Positions 13,310-25,760 of a DNA stretch of 64,000 nucleotides are shown here, piece after piece (position 1 is the stretch's first letter; each line of letters opens with the position of its first letter). The position numbers and the translations under genes were made by a program. The notes beneath the pieces are model-generated. The model was not told where the DNA came from and did not search any database. It was given only the letters and a program-made list of their open reading frames with translations. Where the stretch lies: NCBI RefSeq assembly GCF_964355755.1, contig NC_092672.1, positions 27,968,437-28,032,436 of the forward strand, given 5' to 3'. Origin of the DNA: Antedon mediterranea. Taxonomy: Eukaryota > Animalia > Echinodermata.

Positions 13310-13930
13310 GCCAAGATTTTGTAACAATATTACTATATTAACTAAATATATTTTATATAAAACAAATTGTATAGACAAATTTAATGAAGAACCATCTACT
13401 AACTGGATAAAGCCATTTAGGAAAAATAATAAACAAGTTGATCATAACGAGTGGTTTTCAAAGGCCCAAAGCAAAACAAAATTCCATGCAAAACAACGTT
13501 AACGGAATATACTATGTATAAAGGAACCAAACCTTGAACAATATTTGTTAGATAAAACTAATTTTAAGAGTATCCATTTAAAATTTAAAGCAAGATCAAA
13601 CTCTCTAGATCTTGAGGGTCGTAGAAAATCATGGTCAAATCATAACACAGGATTATGTAAGATGTGTACAGTACAAACGAAAAAGAAACAGTAAACCATT
13701 TTTTATTTAAATGTCCTTCATTAAACTCTGTTAGACAATAATTAAGTATGTACCGGGATAATTTTAATCAGTGGACCTCAGTTAAAACACCACTTTATGC
13801 TAGACAATTTATTCACTGAAAATGAAACATTAGGAAAAATCTTTGATTTTTATTGTAAAACATATTTAATTAAAGCATGGGTTACTAGATCTACAATTTT
13901 ATCAACATTACCTCTCTCAACTAATTGATT
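13310..13930 (+). mobile_element. Decayed non-LTR retrotransposon 3' fragment with CCHC zinc knuckle
   Basis: KEPNLEQYLLDKTNFKSIHLKFKARSNSLDLEGRRKSW..LCKMC/TNEKETVNHFLFKCPSLNSVRQ once a 5-bp insertion at 13669-13673 is removed. Confidence 0.7.
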
Positions 13931-14799
13931 AATATAGTAAACAAGCTACAGACATCTCTATGAGGATGTATCTGTAAGTTTTATTTATTTCTTAGGCCTA
14001 TCCTGTATTTTTGTTGTTCTGTTTTTATTTTTGTAGTTATATATATTGTACAATATACGTATTATGTATTTTCATACAGATCTAATTAATTAGTTTACAT
14101 TTTGTTTTGATGTTATAGTATTTAGAACTTTGTGGCTTATGTTATTTGTAATTTTGTCTGTAAATTGGATGCACCATTAACTGATAAATGTGTGACGCCG
14201 ATATAAAGATTAAGATTTTTTTTTCTCTATTTTGCTATGGATATTATATTATGTCACCATGATATTCCGAAATAAAAAGATAAATGAAATGAATGAATGA
14301 AAAGGTGATTCCTATGAATAAATAAATAAATAAAAACTATATAAGTAGGTATACTTACTTATTATATATAAAAACTAAACTAAACACTACAGTATAATCA
14401 AAGTTAAAGCATATTAAATACTAGGCCTATGTTATTCCTATCTAGATTTAAACACTTTAAATTTTAGTACAATCGGATTCGAAATTAGAAAATCTTAAAT
14501 ACTACAATACAATCGGAATTAAAACATCCTAAATACTACATTACAATCGGTTAAATTACCTAAACTCTATAATGTTGTGAAATATGTAAAAGAATGTTGG
14601 CAAATGCATTCTAATCGGCCCAATCCTATCAGTAGATAAATCATATTTTTTATTTTCTTGAACTAAACATAAATAAAACGAAAGAAATAAGGATTGATTT
14701 TCGAAAACATAATTGGTCTGACAGTATACATTAATTAAAGTAAAGGAAGTAGAGATTGTTAACAATTATTGATAAGTATCTGGCAGTAGTGTTTGACTA

Positions 14800-15150
14800 A
14801 AGCTAAATGGGTGGACATGTTGATCGTAGTTAAGAAGTTAAATACAAGGCTGTACTGCTTGAGCTAGGAAACTCGGTTCTTTGGGGTAAAGCAGGATATT
14901 TGTATTATAGAATGTTTATGTTTTACTAATCAGTGATGTTCTATTTGGGCATATTGTATATTGGGCTAGGAATATCAGTAAGGGAATGTAAGGGGGATAA
15001 AGACCGAATTGAGAAGGTGCTGGGTAGAGCGTGGAAAGTAATTGGTTTGTCTAGTATGCAAATGCTTTACTCCTTCTACAGCGAACAGCTTGCCGATGTA
15101 TTCCATGCTATATTGGAAGACACCAATCATCCTCTTCATGGCGACATTAT
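14800..15150 (+). mobile_element. Decayed L2/Rex1-group LINE 3' fragment
   Basis: KKLNTRLYCL...DKDRIEKVLGRAWKVIG...AILEDTNHPLH, typical of the region downstream of the RT domain. Confidence 0.7.
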
Positions 15151-16034
15151 CAGCTCCGTTTTACATTCGCTATTATAACGTTTTGATGCAAACGTTGTTC
15201 AATTAAAACATGTATTTCCACACAGAAACGTTTAAAAACGTGTTTAAAACATGTTAGAAAGACCAAACCTAAAAACATGCAATGTCAAACGCTGTGTTTT
15301 CTGGGAACAAAATGGTACAGATTCACTGACAAAATTATAATGTTTATTTGTTTTACTGATTACCTAATAATCATTATGTGATAAATGTACTACTGTCATC
15401 TTTATTAAATGTACTACTGTGTTATCGTTAGGTAAATTATATTTTTTATTTGTAACTGGAATAAAAACTTTCTTTATATACTTTCTGTATCTATAAATCT
15501 GTAAAAATTATATAGAAATAAAGAGCCATAATATACTGCATTAACTTGAAAACTGAAATTAATTCTACAGCATGCAGGGCGTAGTTGTTTTCCCTTTGTT
15601 GCTGACACAACAAGAAAAACAAAAGAACAAAAGGAGCAGTATTTTAACACATTAACACACTCAATTAATAAATGGGACACCCCTATTTTCCCATCTTTTT
15701 ATAATGGTATAGTCCATACAAGTCGAGGTGGCCGAAAACGGCACCTGATCCAAACATCGCACAGCCTGTATATACTGTACTTTTTTAGTTAGGCCTCACA
15801 TCTTGCTAGGCCTGCTAGCCTGGCCAGGCCTAGCTAGTGACCACCTGCATGCTGTAGAGTAAAGTAGGCAAACACGGTAGCCTTACAGTAGCTACGATCT
15901 CTACGTATTTGGGGTCAATTTAAGGTCAACCTTGATTTTACGAATCCCATGTTTTACGTACGCCTTTCGGTCCCGTACCGTACGTAAAATGAAGGTTCCA
16001 CTGTATATATTTACTAGAAGAAATAACCACTTAC

Positions 16035-16076
16035 TTGAGGTAATCCCAGATGTTGGAGGTGTTCCACTACCAACAT
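16035..16076 (-). CDS. HSPG2: Perlecan-like gene, short Gly-Ser-Gly linker exon between the SEA modules
   Basis: TTTTTATTTTAG|ATGTT...TCAA|GTAAGT, 42 nt, phase 1-1; (D)VGSGTPPTSGITS. Confidence 0.75.
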
Positions 16077-17172
16077 CTAAAATAAAAAATGTATTGTAAT
16101 TGTTAAAGGTAAAGAGAACTAACATTAAAAAATGGTGGTAAACTTATTTGAAATGACCTATGTATTCTTATTTTATTTTGGACACAATGTGGTACTGAAG
16201 ACAAATATAGATTATGCAGTATGTTACTACTTCTTATGACCATTTACACATACAGATACAAATTCTACATCCAATGAATAAAGATTGTTTATTCGGATTC
16301 TCGGATAATGGGATCTCGAATAACATATCTCTAACGTATCTAAATATTTAAAAAAATATATATATATATATATAAAGTAGAAATAAATATGACCAAAAAA
16401 TAAAAATTTAAATAACTTAAACAAAGTTAGTAGAATGAAGAATAAACATAATGTAGGTATACTTTCTGATTGGCTATTGCATTAACAATGTTGTCATCAT
16501 TTGAAATGGTGAACACATAATTGGAACAGAGCCTCTATCATAGAAAAACATCGGAGATAGAAGATTTTGAAAAAAAAAAGTGAGACGGGTAAATTGTCTA
16601 TCCTTCAGGATTTACCATATAGGGTCAAATAAAGGTCACACTAGGTTTATGGTGTGATGAAACTTTAAGCCTAGTCATTGCATTCTTACATATTGTAAAT
16701 AACTGACCATTTCATATGATCATATTCAAGAAAGATTAAATCAGAATCTTTAAGGTTATGTCCACGTGTAAGTTATAGCCTTTTCACATCTGCATAAATT
16801 GTCACAACTTGTAACATAGTTTGATCTTTCAATATATTACACGTTTACATACACGCATACGTGAACCTTGAGAAATTCGGAGATAAAGTATAGTTGGGCG
16901 CTATTTGATTATATGATTGATTAGTTTTAATACCAGGGAATATTTGTGTTTCTTTCCTAATACATCACAGAAGACTCCTGGGGAGATTTTTACAAAATTG
17001 TTTCACACTATGCAAACCTGGTTACAAGTTGTTACTTTTTGCAGTTAGTGGGTTAGTTTAGGGATATTTTACTTAAAAATCCTGCAAAATAACCTGCAAA
17101 TTTTGCATATAGGTTGTTTGCCCTATACTATTTCAATTCAATAAGTGTGAAAATGGTATTTAAAAATCTTAC

Positions 17173-17330
17173 CTTGAACAACCTCAAAATGGAATGCCTT
17201 AGGATCGACGTTAAAAGTCCCGATTTGACCCGTCTCAACAGCAGATTGTGCAAGATATTGTATTCTATCATCATAATAATAATCAATACTGCCTAGATCA
17301 AAGAGTACTTCTACACCTCCATTCAATTCA
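17173..17330 (-). CDS. HSPG2: Perlecan-like gene, SEA module 1, third exon
   Basis: TTTTCAG|...|GTAAGA, 158 nt, phase 2-1; ELNGGVEVLFDLGSIDYYYDDRIQYLAQSAVETGQIGTFNVDPKAFHF resembles vertebrate perlecan ELDGWVFVELDVGS...IQ...PQGFQF. Confidence 0.9.
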
Positions 17331-17379
17331 CTGAAAATACAATTACATGTCTCTTTATTCACTCAAGCGGCATCAATAA

Positions 17380-17544
17380 AGCTCTTTCTACACTATCAAA
17401 CTAGTTTAACAAAAAAGTGTGATGTTCCCAAATATGATAGTAATACAGTATACCCAAATATGATAGTAATATGACATCATCATGTCCATATTTGGGCACA
17501 TCACATTTTGTTGTCACATAAAGTTTGATAGTCTAAACATAGCT
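17380..17544. mobile_element. Small Harbinger-like MITE, second copy
   Basis: AGCTCTTTCTACACTATCAAACT...AGTTTGATAGTCTAAACATAGCT, homologous to 4737-4873. Confidence 0.75.
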
Positions 17545-18029
17545 TCAAATGACAATAAACATCCTGTAGTATCACATCTTCAAATTCAAATTTTCATCCC
17601 ATATGGGATAGGGGCTAGGGTAAGTTAACCTTTAGAAGTTAGATGCTATGGTACAGTATGTCCTTACCAGACACTATACATTAGGAAGTTTATTGTCGCT
17701 AGACATGATACCGTACAAGAATCGCCTGCTTTTATTGTCAAACATTATTTAGTCCATATTCAAATTTATGTTTTGATAAAAGAAAATTAAAAACTTTTGC
17801 TTGTATATACATTTGGCTCAGTAATTATATTTAATTAGCAATGAAAAAAATATTCTGCTTTTGTGGGTATGGTACCTTTACAGGTCCTTGGTGACCTTGT
17901 GACTAACATATATTTGGGTATTCAAAGATTTATTTATTTTTTTATTTATTTTATTATCTATTATTTATTTATACTAGGTGACCTCTTCAGTCAAAGGCTG
18001 GTCTCCCAGAGGGCTCAGTTATGATCAGT

Positions 18030-18250
18030 AGCTGTGGCTGTGAGTGACAGTGGCTGTGTGTTCTAGTACACCAGGGTAACCGGTGTACATTGGAGAAGAT
18101 TCCATGGAGCGAGTGAGCGTCAAACCCTTCCCCATGTTATGGCTACGTAATTGTGGTTCCACCATACAAAGACAAAACATTTTTGCAACCATTCTGGTGT
18201 AAGAACAAGTCTTCAATGGGACACAAACCCACAACCTCCAGATCACTCTG
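18030..18250 (-). mobile_element. Deu-domain-like SINE remnant
   Basis: Contains CTAGTACACCAGGGTAACC, reverse complement of the GGTTACCCCGGTGTACTAG motif of other copies. Confidence 0.45.
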
Positions 18251-18309
18251 TAAAGGCCTAATACTATGAGGGAGTACCTGTAGTCCTAATACTATAGGAC
18301 CTCACTTAC

Positions 18310-18368
18310 CTAAATTGAAGAATGGTAGCAAATTGCTCACCAGGTGTGCTTAGGTAAAGCTCATCAAT
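18310..18368 (-). CDS. HSPG2: Perlecan-like gene, SEA module 1, second exon
   Basis: TTCACAG|ATT...TTTAG|GTAAGT, 59 nt, phase 0-2; IDELYLSTPGEQFATILQF resembles perlecan LESEYLKIPGDQVVSVVF. Confidence 0.9.
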
Positions 18369-19269
18369 CTGTGAATTAAAAAAAAACAAATATTTAAATA
18401 ACATTTTTTTGTGTCAAAATACACAAACAATTTTCAAAGATCCGAAGTTAAGGTAAAAATTACAGGGTACTATAATAATAGAGGTGCTATATAAGCTAAT
18501 AAATTATACAAAAATGTTGAGCAGACCTCTCAACTCTGTCATTTCACCTCGTGGATGGACACTGCCCGGTTTTGAAGCACTGTTACATACATGGGTTGCA
18601 AAAGTTGATAGACTGCTGTTAATTTCGCGAAAAAAAAAAGGCCTAAGAAATGCTTTTGGTAAATACTGGGCGTCGTTGTAAGCAGTGAAAACATTGTTGT
18701 TAATTGTGAAATAAGTTTTGTTTTAAATATACAGTAATCTTGGATTTCAATCTCTAGACTAGTAGCCCTGCTAGCTAGGCATGAATCATCCAGATTTTCA
18801 GGGGAAAACGACCAATTTCTGGGAGTGGAAATCTACCCAAGGACCTTTGCAATTTCTAGTTCTAAATATCCAGATTAAATGAGAAATTTCCAAGATCATG
18901 TCACCATATCTGCCAATGTTCTGCAAGCATATAGATAAATTTTATTTGTTACAGACTGTTTAGTTATCCTGGATATTTATGATGTAAATTAACCATATTT
19001 TTAAAATTTTCCTCAAATGGTCGAGGATTAAAAATTTTATGTGATATGTCTATTATTCTTTTCATTATATATTTGTGTAGCTTTGTATTTTTGTACGATT
19101 GTAGCCAATTTGTATGGATATGACCTTACGTGAAAAACATTACAATTTAGACTACAGTATTTATTCGAATAAACGTGGCCTAAACTAAATAAACTTTCTA
19201 GGCCTACAGTTATTAGCAACTCTCTATAAAGGAGGGTGGGAAGACAACTATTGCATTAGAAATACTTAC

Positions 19270-19379
19270 AGCTATTTGTAGAGGGCTAGCGACAGCCGTG
19301 TATGCTGCACTAGTATGGTTTTCCAACTCTGATGTGTAGACTATGTTGAGAGCAAAAATTGTAATTCTATAATAACGCA
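19270..19379 (-). CDS. HSPG2: Perlecan-like gene, SEA module 1, first exon
   Basis: TTTTCAG|...|GTAAGT, 110 nt, phase 1-0; (V)RYYRITIFALNIVYTSELENHTSAAYTAVASPLQIA. Confidence 0.9.
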
Positions 19380-20658
19380 CTGAAAATAAACAAATTTAAT
19401 ATTTTATTATTTAAATATTAAATAAATTATAAAGCCCTCATATTTATCAGTAACAGCTGGATGTGTTCCTGGATAATCTGTTCATTAACCATTGCTTATC
19501 AATATCAAAAAGGTCCATACATAGTTTCAAAGAATATTAATTAAATTATCAAAATTAATTGCTCATTTGCTGGGTTGCTCATTTTTTCCTAGATCAATAA
19601 AATCATTGAGCTATATATCCATGATAAAATCATCATTATTAAGAACAGGAAGTATAGAAAGTAGCAAATGTAACCTCATTCTATTGCAGAAATTGATAAA
19701 CAAAAATTGTCACACATTGTCATACACATCCCACACTCGTAACAATGGTACAATCCATAATGGGTGGGTATTGTCCTGGTGGTACGGTTATTGTTTCAAT
19801 TTCACCCCTGTTGCAAGCCTGCAAGATACCCCAGTAATTGGCTCCACCATGGTTTAGCAAAGCTCGACAATTAGTTGTATTATAATGACACTCATACACA
19901 ATTATAATAATAGGACTTGGTATACAAATATTGACATGTGGTTAAAAAGTCAATATTTACTTTATAGCACATTCTAAGAAAGATCATACATTAGTGTTTT
20001 TTCACATTATAACTGGACGTTGAACTTACTAAATTCAACATTAGTATAGTATAAAATGGATATACTAGTCACTTTCAAACAAGTGGTGGTCCATGAAGCG
20101 GATCGTAATGAAAAAGATCACAAAGACATGAGCCCTCTAAACAATTATCTCTACAATTTACTCAATTTCAATAAATTAGTAAATCATTTTTTTCTGAAAA
20201 CTGGGATCTGTGGGCCCTTGACATTTTCTATGTAGTTGCTATAAGTAAATTAGTCAGTGTCTTCAAAGAGGATAGTTGTTCTAAAAAATAGTTATCTTTT
20301 AAAGGGATAGTTGTAGACATAAGGTATAGTTTTCCTATAGTGGTCCTAAAGGGTGTTTTGCCTAGGAAATCGGACAAAAAATCCACCACTGTAATAAAAA
20401 GCCAACTTCAATGGACTATACCAGGACTATACCATTGTAAAGTATTATAAAGTAAATAATAGGATACTGTAGTTGTCACTATGGAGTAATATTTCAGATG
20501 GTCCGGGGGGTTGTTGGATAAATGGGAAAATTGCCCTAATAGGGTAGTCGTCCTGATACAGGCTAGTCTCATATTTACATGGATTATAATTTGTTTCTAA
20601 AAAATGTTGATATAGAAATTTGTCTTTTGCACATACTCTACTTTACTAAGAAAACTAC

Positions 20659-20956
20659 CTGGTGATTCACCACTTGGGGTGCCATCGCCACTCCCAGACA
20701 CCACTAAATCTTCATCATCCGTATTCGTTGGAGTTTGAGGCTGTGAAAAATGAGTTTCATCAGTGGCATGGACAACAAACCGTGGTGTTGTCGGGATGTA
20801 CGTCACTTCACCACTACCGGGTTCATCTTGGAAGAGAACGTCCTCGAGTTTTGGCGATGTTGTTGAATCATTGACCTTTTTGTCTTCCTCGAAATATAAT
20901 GATTTATCTTCAACATGTTTTGGCTCTGTGCTTACCGGAAGGAACACATCTTGATC
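20659..20956 (-). CDS. HSPG2: Perlecan-like gene, domain I exon with acidic Ser-Gly glycosaminoglycan attachment motifs
   Basis: TTTTAG|GATCAAGAT...CCAG|GTAGTT, 298 nt, phase 0-1; QDEPGSGE, DDEDLVVSGSGDG, PSGE. Confidence 0.85.
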
Positions 20957-21468
20957 CTAAAACAAAAGAAAACAGTCAAAATGAAATTACAACAGTTGAA
21001 AAGTTCACATAATTTTTATTGTTTGGTTTAAAGCATTATCTTTTTATGACAGATTTATAAAATAAAAAATGTTGCCTATTGGAGTTGTAAATCAACTCGC
21101 AATTCAGTTGTAGGGCCTGTTCAAACCTTATTAGTTAATATATTAGTGTGAGGTGTGTAGGTTTAAACACGGATTCGTTGAAGCCACCCCAATATTATGC
21201 AGCGCTTCACTATATACAAAAGTCATGCATCAACAATTTTGACTTCCAACCAATCAAATTAATCTTGCATACATTTACCGGATGCTTCCCTGATCCGTGA
21301 AACTGTATAAAGCATTAGTTAATTAAGTTATTTTTGGATCAACTACTCTTTCAAATAAATAAAATATCATTTTAGTTTTATAAGCAAGTAACTCGCCAAT
21401 TACATAATGGATAAACAAGTTTATAATTTATCGTGCTTATAAACTAAGTCTCATTTGACTGAGGCTTA

Positions 21469-22282
21469 GGCCCTGTTTCTGCTGCCAACTAAATACCGTA
21501 TATTATACGGTATTTTTTTAATACCGTATATATACGGTATATTTTTGGCAGCAGAAACTGCGCTCATAAAAAAAATACCGTATTTTGTATACCGTATTTT
21601 CCCCACAAAATTTGTGGATAAAATACGGTATTTACAAATTTATACCGTATTTTTTGTACCCGTTTCTGCTGCCTATAAAAAATACCGTATTTTTTTTTTA
21701 CATGACAAAAGGTCAACATTCGTGTTTTTATTTTCTGTCGCTGTACACACGTGTATAGATATATTCGGCGAAAATGTGGAGCGAAGACGTCACAGTTTTA
21801 CTAAATAAATGTGTGTGGGGAAGCTAAAATGTCTGGCCAACTAAAAGGTAATAAAAGGGACAACCACATTTATAAAGACATTTCTAAAAAAATAAAGCAG
21901 TAGTATGGAATAGACTTGTCTCCAAAGCAAGTAAACTCAAAGCTGAAAAGCCTGCGAAAGCAGTACAACATTGCAAAATACAATAACTCGGGGAGGGAAT
22001 TAATTAATTGTCCCCATTAGGATGTTTTCTGTACTCTCACAACATCTCTATCACAAGGGCTAGGCTGTTGAAAGTGAGACGTAAAACTTCCTTTATTGCG
22101 ACTTTTAATTATCGATCAAATAAATGAATGGCAATTTGGGTAAAAAAAGATGAAATTTAACACGACCACCCAAGAAGTATTGTTAGCAGAAACGGGGTAC
22201 TAAAAAATACGGTATAAAAAATACCGTATTTTATACCGTATTTTTATACCGTATTTTGAGCAGTTGCAGCAGAAACAGGCCC
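21469..22282 (+). mobile_element. PIF/Harbinger deletion derivative with Myb/SANT-like (trihelix) gene remnant at ~21774-22020
   Basis: TTA|GGCCCTGTTTCTGCTGC...GCAGCAGAAACAGGCCC|TTA; subterminal ATACCGTAT repeats; WSEDVTVLL/..QLKGNKRDNHIYKDISKKIKQ*YGIDLSPKQVNSKLKSLRKQY..NNSGRELINCP. Confidence 0.88.
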
Positions 22283-23455
22283 TTAGGGAGTTGAGTTGAA
22301 AGAGTCATGAGTTACAACCCTGGCACAAGGTCAGGATTGAACCCCGGACCTTGGGATTGGAAGGCAAGCTACAGCTCCACTACAATTTATATCAAGTTCA
22401 AGTTCAAGTTTAAATTTATTCACATAATGCAAACATATACAAAATATAAAAGATACAAGTGGTTGGAAATTAAGTAAATAATAGTTGCATTATGCCTGGA
22501 GAATACCATTTCAACCTCAAGGGGCTTTAAGCCTGGATCCAGAATAAAAAGGTTAAAAATAATAATAATAATAAGCATAAGGTGAAGGTTAGCTACTGAC
22601 AGACAAGAAATATTTACTTGATACCAAAGGATTTACTATTTAGATTTTTTTGTTGTCGCAGAGGCTTCATGAGAATAAGGCTGTGTCTTGTGAGAAGCCT
22701 GTGAGTGAAATACTGAATTAAAAAAAAAGTAGAGCTTATTTCATATCAATTATTCAATGTATGCATGTGCACACAACACTAGTTCATTATACGATATAAT
22801 AGTCGTTTGTATTTAAAAATTGATATCTGATACCGTTTATGAACAATATAAGTGTTTGAGTTAAGTTAAAACCACAACAGTACTTACACAATGAACCATG
22901 AAGAAAGTTAATCGAATTATTTACACCACAGTAAGCAAAGTTGAAAACTTTGAAAATGTTGCTGGTAATAATAGGTGGCAAATTGAGGAAATAATAGGCA
23001 ATTACTCATTGTGAAAATTACAAAAATAACAAATGAGTCTAGCTGTAAAAGAAAAACAATCTGACAATGTTTTTGTATTACGCTAAAAAACTGTTTAACA
23101 TAATTTTATTTTTTTGTACTGGTTCTCATATTAAGGGATTGCATCGTAGCCAATGGGGTTTGTAGGATTCCAACGAACCTCCTTTTTCTAATCATTTTTT
23201 AAACTGTAGACAAGTAGTGATTAATATGATAGGCCTAGCTTATAATGTTTTAATATCATCTATAGCAGTAGTTACGTTTTCTGAGCTAGCAACTTTAAAC
23301 TGGAAGTCCAATGTGTGCACATGACTTGTGTGACAAAGAACTTAGTGTATCTTTCGGAAAGTAAGGGTTACCCCGGTGTACTAGTCCATCTGTATGAAAC
23401 ATTTGTTTAGATTTACATGCACTAAACAATAAGTCCTATTCTTGTATATGTATGA

Positions 23456-23739
23456 AGGCCCTTTCACACAGAGCTGTAAGACGGTAATATTGCGGTAATT
23501 CGCGAACGCCGGCTTATGTGTGAAAGGGTAAAAACTCCTTAATGCCGGCTTCGTTAGATCGCCTCTGGACCTAGTAAAATTGCGGTAATATTACCGTCAC
23601 GGTCGTAAGCCTGATCTGTGTGAAAGAGTCCTTTTCACTGTGGCCTTTCACACAGAAAACGGTAAAATTACCGTAATAGACCGGCAATAACGCCGGCTTG
23701 CTTACAGCAATATTGCCGAAGTTCTGTGTGAAAAGGCCT
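23456..23739. mobile_element. Harbinger-like MITE
   Basis: AGGCCCTTTCACACAGAG...TTCTGTGTGAAAAGGCCT TIRs, internal TTACCG/CGGTAA repeats, TGA/TTA flanks. Confidence 0.75.
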
Positions 23740-24359
23740 TTAGACACTTATGAGTTTTTTTTTCCACATCCAAAGATCAAAATGGAATGCCCATAGGCCT
23801 ATTTTGTTATTGTATTTTGTGTATTTTTTTTTAGGATTTTGTGAGTAGGCCCAGGGAGATTATTTTACATCTCCCTGGTAAGGCCTATAGTTGATTTGAA
23901 ATTACATCAGATTAAAACATTCTACTCATTTCAATGTGTTTATAATGTTTTACTTTTACAATAATATGGAAAAATTATGAATGAAATTCCATTCATACTC
24001 CTAAATTCTTGGCAGCAGCCAATGGATTTATTTTAATATGTAAAGATATAGCAGTAAAGCCTATTGTAGTACCAGTAGGCTTACTAATGCTAGAGTGAAC
24101 ACATGGTAATTTAAGAATGTACTTAATAATAGATTTAAAGTGCTCAATATCAGCATTTAGCAACTGTTCACAGCAATTATATCAATGAACTTAAAACAGG
24201 TGACGGTCATAAACTAAAGTTTTACTATTATTCTTCAAACTTTACATTAATATATCTATCAAAAAACTGCTAATATTACAGACAATCTGTACACACAAAT
24301 ATAAATCAGCTTAAATGTTATTATTATATGGTGTTGCTGGATCAAAAGGTGGGAGGAAG

Positions 24360-24485
24360 CAGTGGTGGCACCCTGACCTGCAGTCCCCCCCCCCCCCCCG
24401 CCCAAAAAAAATCCTCTTTTTTGGGTGGTGAGGGGTGCAGCTGTCCCCACCAGGGCGCCCTGTCTCCCTGCTGTCGCCATCACTG
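24360..24485. mobile_element. Short GC-rich MITE with CAG...CTG ends (hAT-like)
   Basis: CAGTGGTGGCAC...GTCGCCATCACTG; flanks GGAGGAAG/AGAGGGAG are a 6/8 match. Confidence 0.45.
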
Positions 24486-25157
24486 AGAGGGAGAAGAGTA
24501 TAATATGTTACTAACGACAGGTGATGGTCATATATAATAGTAAACCGATTCTGAATCACAATAATTTTAATTTAGTCTTTCTTGAATACTGTACAGTATG
24601 TGTGCTTTCTGATCAATTAAGAATTCAAAAACACTGCAAAACAAACTAAAATCGGATTTGCATTGATTAAAATGCCACTGGGCACCCAAGTCAAGGTTTG
24701 AGATCAAGGAACCAACCCTGAACATGGTAGCTAGTGATTCATTCATTATTTATTCTTCCCTTGAGCTAATTGCAATGTTTAAACAGTAACTGACGCAAAC
24801 CATGAAGCATTTTTTTCCTGCATCCCCAATACATACATTTTGAAAATTACAATGTAAAAGATTTACTTTAAATACACATTTTAAAATGTATATTCCCATA
24901 TTTCACCATGGTTAGTAATTAAGATAGTAAATAGAAAATTAGTATTAAAGTCCCTCACCAAACTACAATATCAAATCTCAGACATGAAACTAACAGTAAA
25001 TTTGACTTGGCCTTAAATGTAATTTATACGCTGCCGGCTGGCAGGTAGACCCATACGCTGGATGGGTTATTTAAGGGGTAAGAACTCACCATACAGGCTT
25101 GGAATAAATGTTTAATGTATTTTCCTTTAATATCCAAAAACCATTGATGGGAGCTAA

Positions 25158-25760
25158 TCAATTCAATTCAATTCAATTTCTTTATTGCTGCAAATGCCAT
25201 CAAGGGCTAATATCTGCTTAAACATACTACATCATACAAACATATACATCTTTACATTTAAAATTGTTGTAATCATTACTATAGTTAATATTGTCATTAT
25301 TATAATTTTTATTTATTATAATTGTTGTAGTTTTATTGTGTAAGAAATTATAGGTCACACCTTAAGGGCAGTTTTTATGTCAAGTACAGAAGAGGAAGAC
25401 ACGAAAAGATTGGGGGAGTGAGAGTGAGTGAGGTAGAGTAGAATGAAGAAAACGAGTAGTTTGTCCTTTAAAGGGAAGATGAGAAGAGTGTCGATTATGG
25501 CGAAGGGCCATTGACATAGTACGAACAGGAGGAAGAAATGGACGAAGAGGGTGTTCAGAGGGTGCCTGCACGATGGCACAAAGAAATTTAATTAAAAAAT
25601 ATTGTTGCCTTAAAGAGAAGGGAATCATTTTAAAAAATGGCGGGATAGGTAGAATAAATAGCATCATCAGAAAGGAGTTTAGCGACATAGAGTTCGAGGC
25701 GTTTAATTCAGGCGATTTCACATTGGGGAGGAGACCATACAGTAGGTAGAGCAAGAGCAC
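25158..25760 (-). mobile_element. L2-group LINE 3' fragment with (TTGAA)n tail
   Basis: AIVQAPSEHPLRPFLPP...LR...GQTTRFLHSTLP, then AATAAA and pentanucleotide tail on minus strand. Confidence 0.7.

Larger units (their letters stand above)
13078..15751. mobile_element. Non-autonomous TIR element with GG...CC ends and 8-bp TSD (Merlin-like)
   Basis: ~50 bp TIR GGATCAGGTGCCGTTTTCGGCCACCTCGACTT; perfect direct repeat AAACATCG at 13070-13077 and 15752-15759; superfamily assignment is inference. Confidence 0.85.
12835..16003. mobile_element. pogo/Tigger-like MITE (TA TSD) split by nested insertions
   Basis: TA|CAGTAGAACCTTTGTTTTACATA ... TACGTAAAATGAAGGTTCCACTG|TA imperfect TIRs; shared TTTTACGTACGCCT subterminal motif at both ends. 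Confidence 0.7.

Noticed and set aside
19715-19860. Protein-like minus-strand reading (LLNHGGANYWGILQACNRGE...) in intron 2
   Set aside because: Ends in a stop and has no phase-1 compatible splice sites; no recognisable family
22390-22990. Possible CR1-like LINE 3' end on minus strand with (TTGAAC)n tail
   Set aside because: Tail is visible but the coding remnant is too decayed to assign with confidence
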